This document shows, piece by piece, positions 1 through 8,512 of a stretch of 15,453 nt of DNA. Positions within the stretch are counted from its first letter, which is position 1, and every line of letters begins with the position of its first letter. The DNA comes from Acaryochloridaceae cyanobacterium VAR_48_metabat_390. GTDB lineage: Bacteria > Cyanobacteriota > Cyanobacteriia > Thermosynechococcales > Thermosynechococcaceae. The DNA lies in assembly GCA_031422435.1 (NCBI GenBank), contig JANPLU010000062.1:1-15453 (forward strand). The letters are read 5' to 3'. The notes under the pieces were generated by a model. That model ran no database searches. It was not told where the DNA came from and was given only the letters and a program-made list of their open reading frames with translations. Position numbers and translations under genes: made by a program.

Positions 1-456
1 AATCATCATGCCCACCAAAAACCTAGCGTCAAACTGCTTTCTAAACAATAGCCAGCTCCCTAGCGTCGTAAAGATGGGGGTTAGGTTATTGAGCAGCATA
101 GATTTGGCAACGCTGATGTACTCCAGAGAAGTCGCCCATAGCCCTAGAGAAAACACCGAAGTCACCCCCACCCCCAGCAGCAGCCACCAGAACTGAGTTG
201 TGATGGGTTCTGAGTCACTGGGCTGAGGCTGACGGGCAGATAAACCGATACGAGCAGACTGGATTGACCCAAAGACCAGTACAAAGATCAAAAAACGATT
301 AAAAACCGTCCCATTGGGTCCTAGCCCCGTTTCGCTAAAGCGAATGAAAATAGGGGCGCTAGAAATCGCGAGGACGGCACAACAAAGCTTTAGGATTGAT
401 ATCAGATCGGCTCTGGGTTTGGGCTGCAACTGTGGCTCAGGCTGACTCATTGACAT
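1..456 (-). CDS. EamA/DMT family transporter, 3' end runs off the window (alternative start ATG at 450)
   Basis: Absent from the ORF track; translated by hand as an open frame from 456 to 1: MSMSQPEPQLQPKPRADLISILKLCCAVLAISSAPIFIRFSETGLGPNGTVFNRFLIFVLVFG...FWWLLLGVGVTSVFSLGLWATSLEYISVAKSMLLNNLTPIFTTLGSWLLFRKQFDARFLVGMMI. It has several hydrophobic helices and EamA-like motifs (AISSAPIFIR, SLEYISVA..LLNNLTPIF..L.W.LF). Confidence 0.9.
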   Translation of the reverse strand, partial: MSMSQPEPQLQPKPRADLISILKLCCAVLAISSAPIFIRFSETGLGPNGTVFNRFLIFVLVFGSIQSARIGLSARQPQPSDSEPITTQFWWLLLGVGVTSVFSLGLWATSLEYISVAKSMLLNNLTPIFTTLGSWLLFRKQFDARFLVGMMI

Positions 457-501
457 CAAAAAACGTGAACGATTTTGTCGGATTCAACACTCACTTTAAA
501 C

Positions 502-1722
502 CTAAACCCGCGCCTTCGGGGGTGGCGTAATGCCGAGCTTTACGAGGCCTTGCTCTAGTTCTCTGAGCAGTTCAAAGTCTGCTTCTGGCAAAGTGCCGCT
601 GCTGCTCGCACTATCTTTACCTGAGGGCTGCTGTTTCAGAAACGTAAATGCGTTCATAAACTGCTGCGGCTCTGCGGCAATAGGTGCGTCGAAGTGACAG
701 GGGATAATCCGCTGAAAATTCCAGCTTGCGACTTGGTCTACCCAGTCGAGCGTTTCTTGCGGTGCGCGGTTTAAAATCAGCGCCTGTAAAATGGGCGCGA
801 CAAAGGGTCTGCCACCACCTCGCAATGCTTCAAAAGATCTCTGCCAGTCGGGTTTCCAGGCAAAAGGGTAAAAGCCAAAGTATGCCTTACGGGAGCGATC
901 GCCAACCTTTCTCGCCGCTGCGATCGCCTGAGGTATCTCCACAATCTCTAGGGCACTAGGACGAAAGTAGAACCCAAACAGCGAAATTCGCTGCCAGCCT
1001 TTAATCCGCGCTGCAGCAGTATCTTCAACCACATCAGTCACATCGTCTTTTGCATGAAACAGCAGCGGATAGGGGTCAAGCTGCACAATCTCTGGTGGGG
1101 TTTCTGGTACCGAGACGAGGGTGTCTGTGAGCAGGAGGGTTTGCGATCGCCGATGAAACAGCGCCACTTCTTCAAACGGCCCCAGCCCCAATTGAATCGG
1201 CCCTAAAATGGCATAGTCAAATTCATCGGAAAAGGGGACGCTGCTGCTTTCTACTGGCAGTATTTGCGTCCGTCCCAGCGGTAAACCGAGCCAGCTTAAG
1301 GGCAAATTTAGCGGGAAACTCCACTGATTAGGAGCTACAAAAACCTGAGACTGCGGGAAGCGTCGTGCAAAAGGCCCCACAAACACCTTGTGCTCAATGC
1401 CGGAAACCGTCGGTAAAATAATGTACTTTACTGCACCGTGAACCGTCACCAGTTCCTGCATGAGCCGCAAGCATTCGGGCGTAGGCGCAACGGGGGCATA
1501 GACCAGTAGCCCACCCGCCTCTAGCTTTATCACCGTCATGCGAATGGGTGTAACCACGTACAAAATGCCTTGGATCTGCTCAAATGTCCAGATTGTGTCC
1601 TTCACAACTTCTTTACGGAGCGTGCGCCGTTGACCGTAAGGGTACAGCGGCACCACAGGCCAAAGATTCCATGACCAGTCCCTCGGATCAGAGGCTTGAT
1701 GGGTTGGATCCTGTACGGTCAT
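502..1722 (-). CDS. DUF4336 domain-containing protein (metallo-beta-lactamase-like fold)
   Basis: 406-aa ORF with motifs I recognise from DUF4336 proteins: RMTVIKL..GGLLVYAPVAPT, YIILPT.SG.EHK, EEVALFH..S.TLLLTD and W.F.RIIPCH. Confidence 0.85.
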   Translation of the reverse strand: MTVQDPTHQASDPRDWSWNLWPVVPLYPYGQRRTLRKEVVKDTIWTFEQIQGILYVVTPIRMTVIKLEAGGLLVYAPVAPTPECLRLMQELVTVHGAVKYIILPTVSGIEHKVFVGPFARRFPQSQVFVAPNQWSFPLNLPLSWLGLPLGRTQILPVESSSVPFSDEFDYAILGPIQLGLGPFEEVALFHRRSQTLLLTDTLVSVPETPPEIVQLDPYPLLFHAKDDVTDVVEDTAAARIKGWQRISLFGFYFRPSALEIVEIPQAIAAARKVGDRSRKAYFGFYPFAWKPDWQRSFEALRGGGRPFVAPILQALILNRAPQETLDWVDQVASWNFQRIIPCHFDAPIAAEPQQFMNAFTFLKQQPSGKDSASSSGTLPEADFELLRELEQGLVKLGITPPPKARV

Positions 1723-1763
1723 GATGTGCTTACTACTCTTGTTGAAAGGACGGGGGCATCACG

Positions 1764-3035
1764 TTAAAGCTGAGTGGCTCGATACTGCTGCTCGGCCTGC
1801 TGCATGTCTGTAATCATGTGCTGACTGCGGCGCAAGTAAACCACAAATAGCAAAATCGTAAACCCTAAAACAGCAAAGCCAATCATGCCACCTGCAAAAG
1901 TATTGTAGAGTCCGTGCAGGGTTGCGGCGATCGCAATGCCAATAAACAAAATAGGCACCCGCCGCGATGGGTTAATCGCCGCCAGCCCCATAAAGTAACC
2001 CACAATTCCAGCTAAAACCGAATGAAACAGCGGCAGTGAGATAAACCGAATCGTATTGACCAACACATAAGACTCCAGCGGAATTTGCCCGCGCACCAGC
2101 GTTACCGCGTACCCCATTGAATACGTTGCGCCTTCCGCCACCGCAAACCCCAATCCAGACATAGTGCCGTAAAAAGCCGCCGTGAGAGGATTGTCTAGAC
2201 GGCGAGGCCGCAGCAAAAAAAAGTACAGGCTGAGCGCCTTACAGGTTTCCTCCAAGACCCCCACCCCTAGCACGAACCCAAACAGTCGCGGAATTAGCCC
2301 CCAGTCCGTGGCGGCATAGAGAATGTTAAAGGGCGGCACCCGCTGCACAAACAGCAGCATGGGGATGCCCACAAAGGTGGTAAACAAAATACACGTCAGC
2401 GTATTGCGCCAAGAAAACCCCGTGGGCTGAATGAGGTTAAACAAAAACACGCCCCAAAAAGAGGCGTAGTAAATGCCTAGCAGCCAAGCAATTTGAGAAA
2501 ACTCGGTGCCTTCTGCCACGTAACCCAGCACCACCGGAAATAGGCCAAAAAAGAGCAGCCCCTGTACCGTTGCGCTGCGATACAGCCCTGACTGAAATAC
2601 CTCACGATAGGGAAATACTGAGGAAAACCGAAAGGTTCGCAGGGTCTGCCAAAAGTCTTTTGCCGTCGGTCGCCCTGGCACAGAAGTATTCAGGGGCGAT
2701 CCGGCAAAAGGGCTAGCCGAGGCTGGGTACTCTGCCTCCCAGTCGGGTAGTGCCGAGGCTGTCGCTTTTCCATAAACCTTGACCGTATCAACACTAGAAA
2801 GACCCAACTGCTGCACCCAATCCACCACGGCCTGGGTGGGGACATTGGGCGGTGGAGCGGTTGCGCCCTCTAATAAAACCTGTAGGCAAACCCGATTGAG
2901 GGCGACTTTCGCTTCAACACCGTAGGGTTTACACAGGTCTTGCAAGAGAATGGCGATCGCCTCCAAATCGCCCTGTTTGGCACGCTCAAGTAAAGATGCA
3001 GATGGGTTCAATGGGTTCATCTCCCAGGTGGACAT
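1764..3035 (-). CDS. PrsW family glutamic-type intramembrane protease with an N-terminal soluble domain (start could be the ATG at 3020)
   Basis: PrsW motifs GVLEETCKA (EExxK), GLGFAVAEG (FxxxE), PLFHS and ATLHGLYN (HxxxN/D) lie in a multi-TM C-terminal region. Confidence 0.88.
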   Translation of the reverse strand: MSTWEMNPLNPSASLLERAKQGDLEAIAILLQDLCKPYGVEAKVALNRVCLQVLLEGATAPPPNVPTQAVVDWVQQLGLSSVDTVKVYGKATASALPDWEAEYPASASPFAGSPLNTSVPGRPTAKDFWQTLRTFRFSSVFPYREVFQSGLYRSATVQGLLFFGLFPVVLGYVAEGTEFSQIAWLLGIYYASFWGVFLFNLIQPTGFSWRNTLTCILFTTFVGIPMLLFVQRVPPFNILYAATDWGLIPRLFGFVLGVGVLEETCKALSLYFFLLRPRRLDNPLTAAFYGTMSGLGFAVAEGATYSMGYAVTLVRGQIPLESYVLVNTIRFISLPLFHSVLAGIVGYFMGLAAINPSRRVPILFIGIAIAATLHGLYNTFAGGMIGFAVLGFTILLFVVYLRRSQHMITDMQQAEQQYRATQL

Positions 3036-3089
3036 TGGGCTAAATTGTTTTCAACCCTTAGGATTAAAGAGTTGATTACCAATGGCGAA

Positions 3090-3818
3090 ATGACGGAGTT
3101 TGACCCCTATAAAACACTAGATGTTGAGCCAAAAGCAACCCTTGCCCAGATCAAGCAGGCGTATCGACAACTAGCAAAACAGTTTCACCCCGACAGTCAG
3201 CACGAATTGGCGCATCACGACAACATCACGCGGGTCAATGCCGCCTACGAACTGCTCAAAGATCCCCGTCGCCGTCAGGCTTACGATGACCTCTATTTCT
3301 ACAGTAGAGCCGTTGGCCCCACAGGAACCGTCGATTCCGCTGTTAACCGCCACCAGCGCACTCAAGAAACCCAAGATATCTATCGTCAAGATCGTCAAAA
3401 CCGTCGCAAGGCAGATTCCCATTTTCAGGAATGGGTTCATCAGGTGTATACCCCCATCACCCGAGAGCTCACCAAAATCGTAAAGCGGCTTCAGCTAGAA
3501 ATTACCGCTCTGTCTGCCGACCCCTACGATGACGAACTAATGGACGGGTTTGTACGGTATCTAGAAGACTGTCAGACCGTCGTCAGCAAAGCCCAGGCAA
3601 CCTTCCGCTCCATGCCTAATCCAGCTAGCGTGGCGGGTGTAGCGGCTCATCTCTACTACTGCCTCAACCACCTTGAGGATGGTCTTACCGAGTTCAACTG
3701 GTTTACCCAAAGCTACGAAGACAGTTATTTAGCATCGGGTAAGGAAATGTTTCGCAAGGCCACCAGTCTTCGCCGAGAGGCGCAGGCTGCACTTAAAGAT
3801 TTACAGGCTGCACTCTAG
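3090..3818 (+). CDS. J-domain (DnaJ class C) co-chaperone
   Basis: N-terminal J domain DPYKTLDV...IKQAYRQLAKQFHPD...VNAAYELLKDP.RRQAYD with an intact HPD motif; no G/F region or Zn finger; helical C-terminal domain. ATG 3090 is preferred over TTG 3045 because the J domain starts right after it. Confidence 0.9.
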   Translation: MTEFDPYKTLDVEPKATLAQIKQAYRQLAKQFHPDSQHELAHHDNITRVNAAYELLKDPRRRQAYDDLYFYSRAVGPTGTVDSAVNRHQRTQETQDIYRQDRQNRRKADSHFQEWVHQVYTPITRELTKIVKRLQLEITALSADPYDDELMDGFVRYLEDCQTVVSKAQATFRSMPNPASVAGVAAHLYYCLNHLEDGLTEFNWFTQSYEDSYLASGKEMFRKATSLRREAQAALKDLQAAL

Positions 3819-3951
3819 AGGGCGGTAGAAATCGTCACCATCTTCGCCTCACAAACCTAGACGTTTGGCCTTCCCTTAGCTCAAGATTGAAGGGTAGCGT
3901 GCTGTTTTTGCTGTCGCTGCGATTACCCCACACATCCTTTGAGGGTTTTAG

Positions 3952-5412
3952 ATGAATGTGATGAATGGATTTGGGTATTTAGTAATGCTGGGATGGATCC
4001 CAGCAGTGCTTTTTCTCTTTAGCAGACTTCCCATTCAGCGCGCGCTCATCATCAGTTTTTTGGCTGCATGGCTGTTTTTGCCAATGGGAGAAATTGAGCT
4101 GTCAGGCATCCCAAACTACACCAAAATGTCGGCCACCTGCTACGGTGTTTTGCTTGCCACCTTTATTTTTGACTTCCAGCGCTTTCTGCAATTTCGGCTC
4201 CATTGGATTGATAGCCCCATGATAGTGTGGTGTCTTTGCCCAGGGTTCGCCTCCCTTGCCAACGCGCTTGGCCCCTATGATGCGCTTTCCGCAATCCTGA
4301 CGCAAACCGTCACTTGGGGACTCCCCTACTTTTTGGGACGGCTCTATTTAGGTACCCTAAAAGGCCTACAGCAGTTGGCGATCGCCATCGTGTGGGGCGG
4401 TTTAATCTATATCCCGCTGTGCCTCATCGAAATTCGCCTGAGTCCCCAGCTTCATATGTGGCTCTACGGATTTTACCCGCAGTCTTTTGATCAGGCCTTC
4501 CGCTATGGTGGGTTTCGACCCATTGTCTTCATGCAGCACGGCCTCATGGTCGGCACCTGGATGATGACGGCGACACTGATTGCCTTTTGGTTTTGGCGCA
4601 TCGGGTTACTACAGCCCCTCCTTCAGCAGTTTGCCCAGGGGACACCCCCAAAGCTAAACGTCCAACGCGAGGGTTTATGGGGAGCCTCTCTCGCAGTTTT
4701 CTTAGGTTTGCTGATCACCTTTGTACTGGTGAAGGCAACCGGAGCCTATTTTCTACTGCTGCTGGGCATTGCGGTTATTTTAGCAATGCGCTGGTGGCAG
4801 ACGTCTCTACCGCTGTTGCTCGTTGTAATTGCAACCTGTGGCTACCTCAGCTTTAACGCAGTGGGAGGACTCACCCCTCAGGCGCTCGCCCAAATCTCCA
4901 CGGTAGCCACACGGCTTACGAATGCAGACCGAGCAGGTTCTCTCATCTTTCGTCTTGAAAATGAAGCCCAGCTTTCTGCCAAGGCTCGCCAGCAGCCCAT
5001 CTTTGGGTGGGCTGGATGGGGACGCTCCCGAATTTATGACGAAATGGGGAAAGATATTTCCATAACAGATAGCCTGTGGATTATTATTTTCGGCAACTTT
5101 GGAGTTGTCGGTCTGGTGAGTTGGGTTGCCGCACTGCTAGCACCTGTACTGGGGTTCACGCTGCTGCGCTATCCGGCTTATACGTGGCTACACCCTCAGG
5201 TCTTACCTGCGGCCGTCTTGGCGATTGGTCTGGTACTGTATGTCATGGATTGTCTAGTCAATGGAATGGTCAATCCCATCTATACTTTGATAGCAGGCGG
5301 CCTTGCGGGGCTGGTCGAGCGTCCAGCGGTGCGCCCCTCTCCAAAAGAGAAGCTTCCAGATATATTTCCGCTATACGTGAATTCAGAGAGTGGAAAGTCT
5401 AGTTTGTATTAG
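3952..5412 (+). CDS. O-antigen ligase / Wzy-like polytopic membrane protein
   Basis: 486 aa with many hydrophobic segments, R.GG.RP..F..H in the first large loop, and a Wzy_C-like loop SLIFR..NE......RQQPIFGWAGWG...DSLWI. Confidence 0.75.
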   Translation: MNVMNGFGYLVMLGWIPAVLFLFSRLPIQRALIISFLAAWLFLPMGEIELSGIPNYTKMSATCYGVLLATFIFDFQRFLQFRLHWIDSPMIVWCLCPGFASLANALGPYDALSAILTQTVTWGLPYFLGRLYLGTLKGLQQLAIAIVWGGLIYIPLCLIEIRLSPQLHMWLYGFYPQSFDQAFRYGGFRPIVFMQHGLMVGTWMMTATLIAFWFWRIGLLQPLLQQFAQGTPPKLNVQREGLWGASLAVFLGLLITFVLVKATGAYFLLLLGIAVILAMRWWQTSLPLLLVVIATCGYLSFNAVGGLTPQALAQISTVATRLTNADRAGSLIFRLENEAQLSAKARQQPIFGWAGWGRSRIYDEMGKDISITDSLWIIIFGNFGVVGLVSWVAALLAPVLGFTLLRYPAYTWLHPQVLPAAVLAIGLVLYVMDCLVNGMVNPIYTLIAGGLAGLVERPAVRPSPKEKLPDIFPLYVNSESGKSSLY

Positions 5413-5518
5413 GCTATCAAGCTGATGACGCCAGCGACTAGGCCGATGATGTAGAGCGTTGAGATCTGACGATCTGCACCCACAAGATTGTTGTAAAAAA
5501 CGGATTAGAGTCAATAAT

Positions 5519-6811
5519 ATGGGGTTAATTCAGGCATCTCGTGGAACGCGGGATATTCTTCCCGATGAGGTGGTCTATTGGCAGGAGGTCGAAAAGATTG
5601 CCCATACCCTGCTGCATAACGCCGCCTATCAAGAACTGCGTACGCCCATTTTTGAACAAACCGATCTGTTTGAGCGCGGCATTGGGGAAGCCACGGACGT
5701 GGTGGGCAAAGAAATGTACAGCTTTTTAGATCGGGGCGATCGCTCCCTCACCCTTAGACCTGAGGGTACTGCCGGAGCAGTCCGCGCCTATATTGAGCAT
5801 AAGCTTCATGCCCAAGGTGGCGTACAGCGCCTTTGGTATAAAGGACCAATGTTTCGCTATGAGCGACCTCAAGCAGGTCGTCAGCGCCAGTTTCATCAGC
5901 TTGGGGTAGAAGTAATGGGCAGCGATTCCCCCAGAGCAGATGCAGAGGTGATTGGTCTTGCCGCAGATTTTTTAAATGCCGTGGGCATTCATGACTGGAC
6001 GCTTAGCCTTAACTCTGTGGGCACTAAAGCAGACCGTCTACACTATCGAGAGGCGCTAGTTGACTACTTACAGCCCTTTGTTGAAGAACTAGACGCAGAT
6101 TCTAGAGATCGGCTCAATCGGAATCCCCTCAGAATTTTGGACAGTAAGGATGAAAAAACGGCGGCGATCGCCAAGGGTGCCCCCAGCATCCTCAACTATC
6201 TAGGCGAATCCTCTCGGGTTCACTTTGAGCGGGTTCAAGACCTGCTCCAGCGTCTAAAGATCCCTTTTGTCATCAATCCCTGTCTGGTGCGAGGATTAGA
6301 CTATTACACCCATACCGCCTTTGAATTTCAGCTTGACACCCTCGGTGCCCAAAGCACCGTTTGCGGCGGTGGGCGCTATGACGGACTCATCTCTGAACTC
6401 GGTGGCTCCGATACCCCCGCCGTAGGGTGGGCAATAGGGCTTGAGCGCTTGGTATTAGTCATGCAGCAGCAGTCAGCAGCACTTCAGGCTGGAGTAGACA
6501 TCTACTTTGCCGCTCGTGGTGCCGAAGCCGAGGCCCAATCCCTAGAAATTGCTCAGCGACTGCGACAGATCGGGCTGGCGGTTGAAGTTGATCTCAGCGG
6601 TAGCGCTTTTGGAAAACAGCTTAAGCGAGCCGACCGTAGCGGGGCGACCTTGAGTTTTATTCTCGGAGAAGAAGAGGCGCTCAATCACACCGTACAGATC
6701 AAGTGGTTAACTTCTGGCGAACAGGCTACCCTGAGCCAATCTGAGCTATTGAACCAAGCTTCTTTGCTCCGAGAAAAAATTATGCTTTCTAAACCAGCCA
6801 AAAAGATATAA
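5519..6811 (+). CDS. hisS: Histidine--tRNA ligase
   Basis: RGTRDILP, TPIFE, LRPEGTA, class II motif 2 FRYERPQAGRQRQFHQ, HisRS-specific LVRGLDYY and GGGRYDGL, motif 3 GWAIGLERL, and a C-terminal anticodon-binding domain (KQLKRAD). ATG 5519 is preferred over TTG 5459. Confidence 0.97.
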   Translation: MGLIQASRGTRDILPDEVVYWQEVEKIAHTLLHNAAYQELRTPIFEQTDLFERGIGEATDVVGKEMYSFLDRGDRSLTLRPEGTAGAVRAYIEHKLHAQGGVQRLWYKGPMFRYERPQAGRQRQFHQLGVEVMGSDSPRADAEVIGLAADFLNAVGIHDWTLSLNSVGTKADRLHYREALVDYLQPFVEELDADSRDRLNRNPLRILDSKDEKTAAIAKGAPSILNYLGESSRVHFERVQDLLQRLKIPFVINPCLVRGLDYYTHTAFEFQLDTLGAQSTVCGGGRYDGLISELGGSDTPAVGWAIGLERLVLVMQQQSAALQAGVDIYFAARGAEAEAQSLEIAQRLRQIGLAVEVDLSGSAFGKQLKRADRSGATLSFILGEEEALNHTVQIKWLTSGEQATLSQSELLNQASLLREKIMLSKPAKKI

Positions 6812-6859
6812 AGTACAACCAAGATTCAGCCACGTTCTTAACCAAAACGGTCAATTAAC

Positions 6860-6883
6860 GGCTAAATCAGAATTTAGCCTTCT
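6860..6883 (+). terminator. Stem-loop downstream of hisS (putative terminator or 3' stabilising hairpin)
   Basis: Perfect 8-bp inverted repeat GGCTAAAT-caga-ATTTAGCC (6860-6879) about 50 nt after the hisS stop, followed by only a weak T tail (TTCT). Confidence 0.55.
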
Positions 6884-6988
6884 ACCTAGGCAAAAAAGCG
6901 TGGCAATCAGGACATAAAAATAAGCATTACTGCTTATTAACGTTCTATTTGTCGGCGTGTGAAGTGTGTGAAGTGAGTACCGCAAATC

Positions 6989-7834
6989 ATGACCCAGTGG
7001 CAGTTTTTAATTCAAAAAGAGGGAGATCAAGACTGGCTTCCCCTAGAGTCTCCGAACGTTGAGATTTTGGAAGGCCGCTACTGTTTAATGGCTCAAGCAG
7101 ATCGCCTATCAACGCAGGTTGAGATTCAGATTCGCCACGAGTACGACCTAGAAGGCGTTCCCCAAGAAGTTACGCAGCGCAGAGGGCAGCAAACCAATGC
7201 TCAAGGAATCTTAGAACTATTTTCACTCACCTATCTACCGCCTGGCCTGTGGGAACTCCAGTGTCAAGTCGCTAAATCTCAGCATCAAGCAGAAAGTACG
7301 CCACCGCAAAAGCTGTTTCTCCAGGTGCTAGCCCAGGATTTTGAGCTGCTGTCTGATTGGGACTGTCCCGAACCTTGTTTTGATTCAGTCTTTTTAAGCA
7401 AAGCCTTAGCCCCAGACTTTCTAGAGCAGCCCTTTGCAGCAGCAGTGACCTCGCCTGAGCCACGAGTCTCTACACCAGCAGCAGTGCAGCTACCGTTCAT
7501 TCCGAAGGATATTTCCCCACTTTCGCTGCGCCTGTCTGATCCTCTCTCGCTGCCGCCCATGCTTCACACCCCTGGTCCTTCAGTCGATGAAGCGGCGATT
7601 CCTCAACTTCCAGAATTTTTGCCCAGCAGAAACCTATTCAGTGCCAAGTGCTTAAGTCATGATTTAAAGGCTCCCGTCGCCGAAATCGTGACGAATCCGC
7701 ACTTATCTTTTTTAGATCGTGTAGTTCAGCCCACAGATCGTAAAGAAGCCTACCAAGCCTTTGAACCTTTAGCACGACGCCAACGCTTTTTGAAAATGCT
7801 GAATACTCTAATGCAAGATTCCCTACCTTCTTAG
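6989..7834 (+). CDS. Conserved cyanobacterial hypothetical protein
   Basis: 281-aa ORF. The N-terminus WQFLIQKEGD..WLPLESP.VEILEGRY...TN..G......TYL.PG.WELQC resembles a cyanobacterial family of unknown function; the middle is Pro-rich and low complexity. Confidence 0.75.
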   Translation: MTQWQFLIQKEGDQDWLPLESPNVEILEGRYCLMAQADRLSTQVEIQIRHEYDLEGVPQEVTQRRGQQTNAQGILELFSLTYLPPGLWELQCQVAKSQHQAESTPPQKLFLQVLAQDFELLSDWDCPEPCFDSVFLSKALAPDFLEQPFAAAVTSPEPRVSTPAAVQLPFIPKDISPLSLRLSDPLSLPPMLHTPGPSVDEAAIPQLPEFLPSRNLFSAKCLSHDLKAPVAEIVTNPHLSFLDRVVQPTDRKEAYQAFEPLARRQRFLKMLNTLMQDSLPS

Positions 7835-7852
7835 GATCTGTTGACCCTCAAG

Positions 7853-7880
7853 CTAAGGCGACTTCTAAAAATTGCCTTAG
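7853..7880. terminator. Hairpin between convergent genes (possible bidirectional terminator)
   Basis: CTAAGGCGA (7853-7861) pairs with TTGCCTTAG (7872-7880), with one G-U pair on the plus strand, inside the 53-bp gap between two convergent stop codons. Confidence 0.55.
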
Positions 7881-7887
7881 AACTGAT

Positions 7888-8466
7888 TTACTCCTTTAGC
7901 TTGCGTTTGAGTGTCTCTAGCTCTTCCTCCATTTCTAGCTCCTTAAATCTTGCTTCTAAAGGATCTAACCCCTCAAACAGATTTTTCCTGGGTCGGGCAG
8001 TCGTCTCTTGCCAAGATTGGGGAGTAGGAGGCGACTGAGGAGTCTTGCTTTGAACCTGCTGGCGGATTTTGACCTGAAGATCTTGGCGGCGGCTGCGAAT
8101 TTGCGCTGCCAGGGTTTCAACCTGCTGAATTTGCTGCTGAGCCAAGGACATTTGTGCCCACTGCTGATTCCCCTGTCTTAAAAAAGCGGCCTCTCGCTCT
8201 TGAGCCGCTTCAGCAAGATCAGAACGTTTCGCCTGCTCTGCCTTCGCAATCCGCTCATGCCAGCGCTGAACTTCTTCAGCGGTTTTCAGAATATCCTGCT
8301 GGGCTTTGTGTTCTTCGGCTGCAAGTTGGCGCAGGGTCTTTTGTACTTCTTCTTCTTGTTCACGAAGCTGATCTTCTAAAACCTGTAGTTCAAGGTCAGG
8401 ATGGGTCTTCAGAAATTCATCTAGTCGCTCTTCCAGGAAGCGGCTCATATCCTCAAATACGCCCAT
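7888..8466 (-). CDS. TIGR04376 family protein (PspA/IM30/Vipp1-like coiled coil)
   Basis: 192 aa, all-helical and rich in E/Q/K/R. N-terminus MGVFEDMSRFLEERLDEFL..HP.LEL..LE.QL, central W..RI.KA..A.R.DLA.AA..RE and C-terminal LEARFKELE.EEELE.LK are PspA-like. Confidence 0.85.
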   Translation of the reverse strand: MGVFEDMSRFLEERLDEFLKTHPDLELQVLEDQLREQEEEVQKTLRQLAAEEHKAQQDILKTAEEVQRWHERIAKAEQAKRSDLAEAAQEREAAFLRQGNQQWAQMSLAQQQIQQVETLAAQIRSRRQDLQVKIRQQVQSKTPQSPPTPQSWQETTARPRKNLFEGLDPLEARFKELEMEEELETLKRKLKE

Positions 8467-8512
8467 TGTTGTTACCTAGGGAGAGCTGCACTGTCTCAAT
8501 TCTACTAGAGGA

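Noticed and set aside
8..196. 62-aa plus-strand ORF
   Set aside because: It is antisense to the EamA/DMT frame, which has clear family motifs.
5459..5518. N-terminal extensions from upstream non-ATG starts (hisS 5459; also J-protein 3045, aas 11064 and 9724)
   Set aside because: The extensions look non-coding, and the recognisable protein sequence begins at or after the downstream ATG in each case.
5519..6811. Possible hisZ instead of hisS
   Set aside because: It retains RGLDYY, GGGRYD and the C-terminal anticodon-binding domain typical of the true synthetase.
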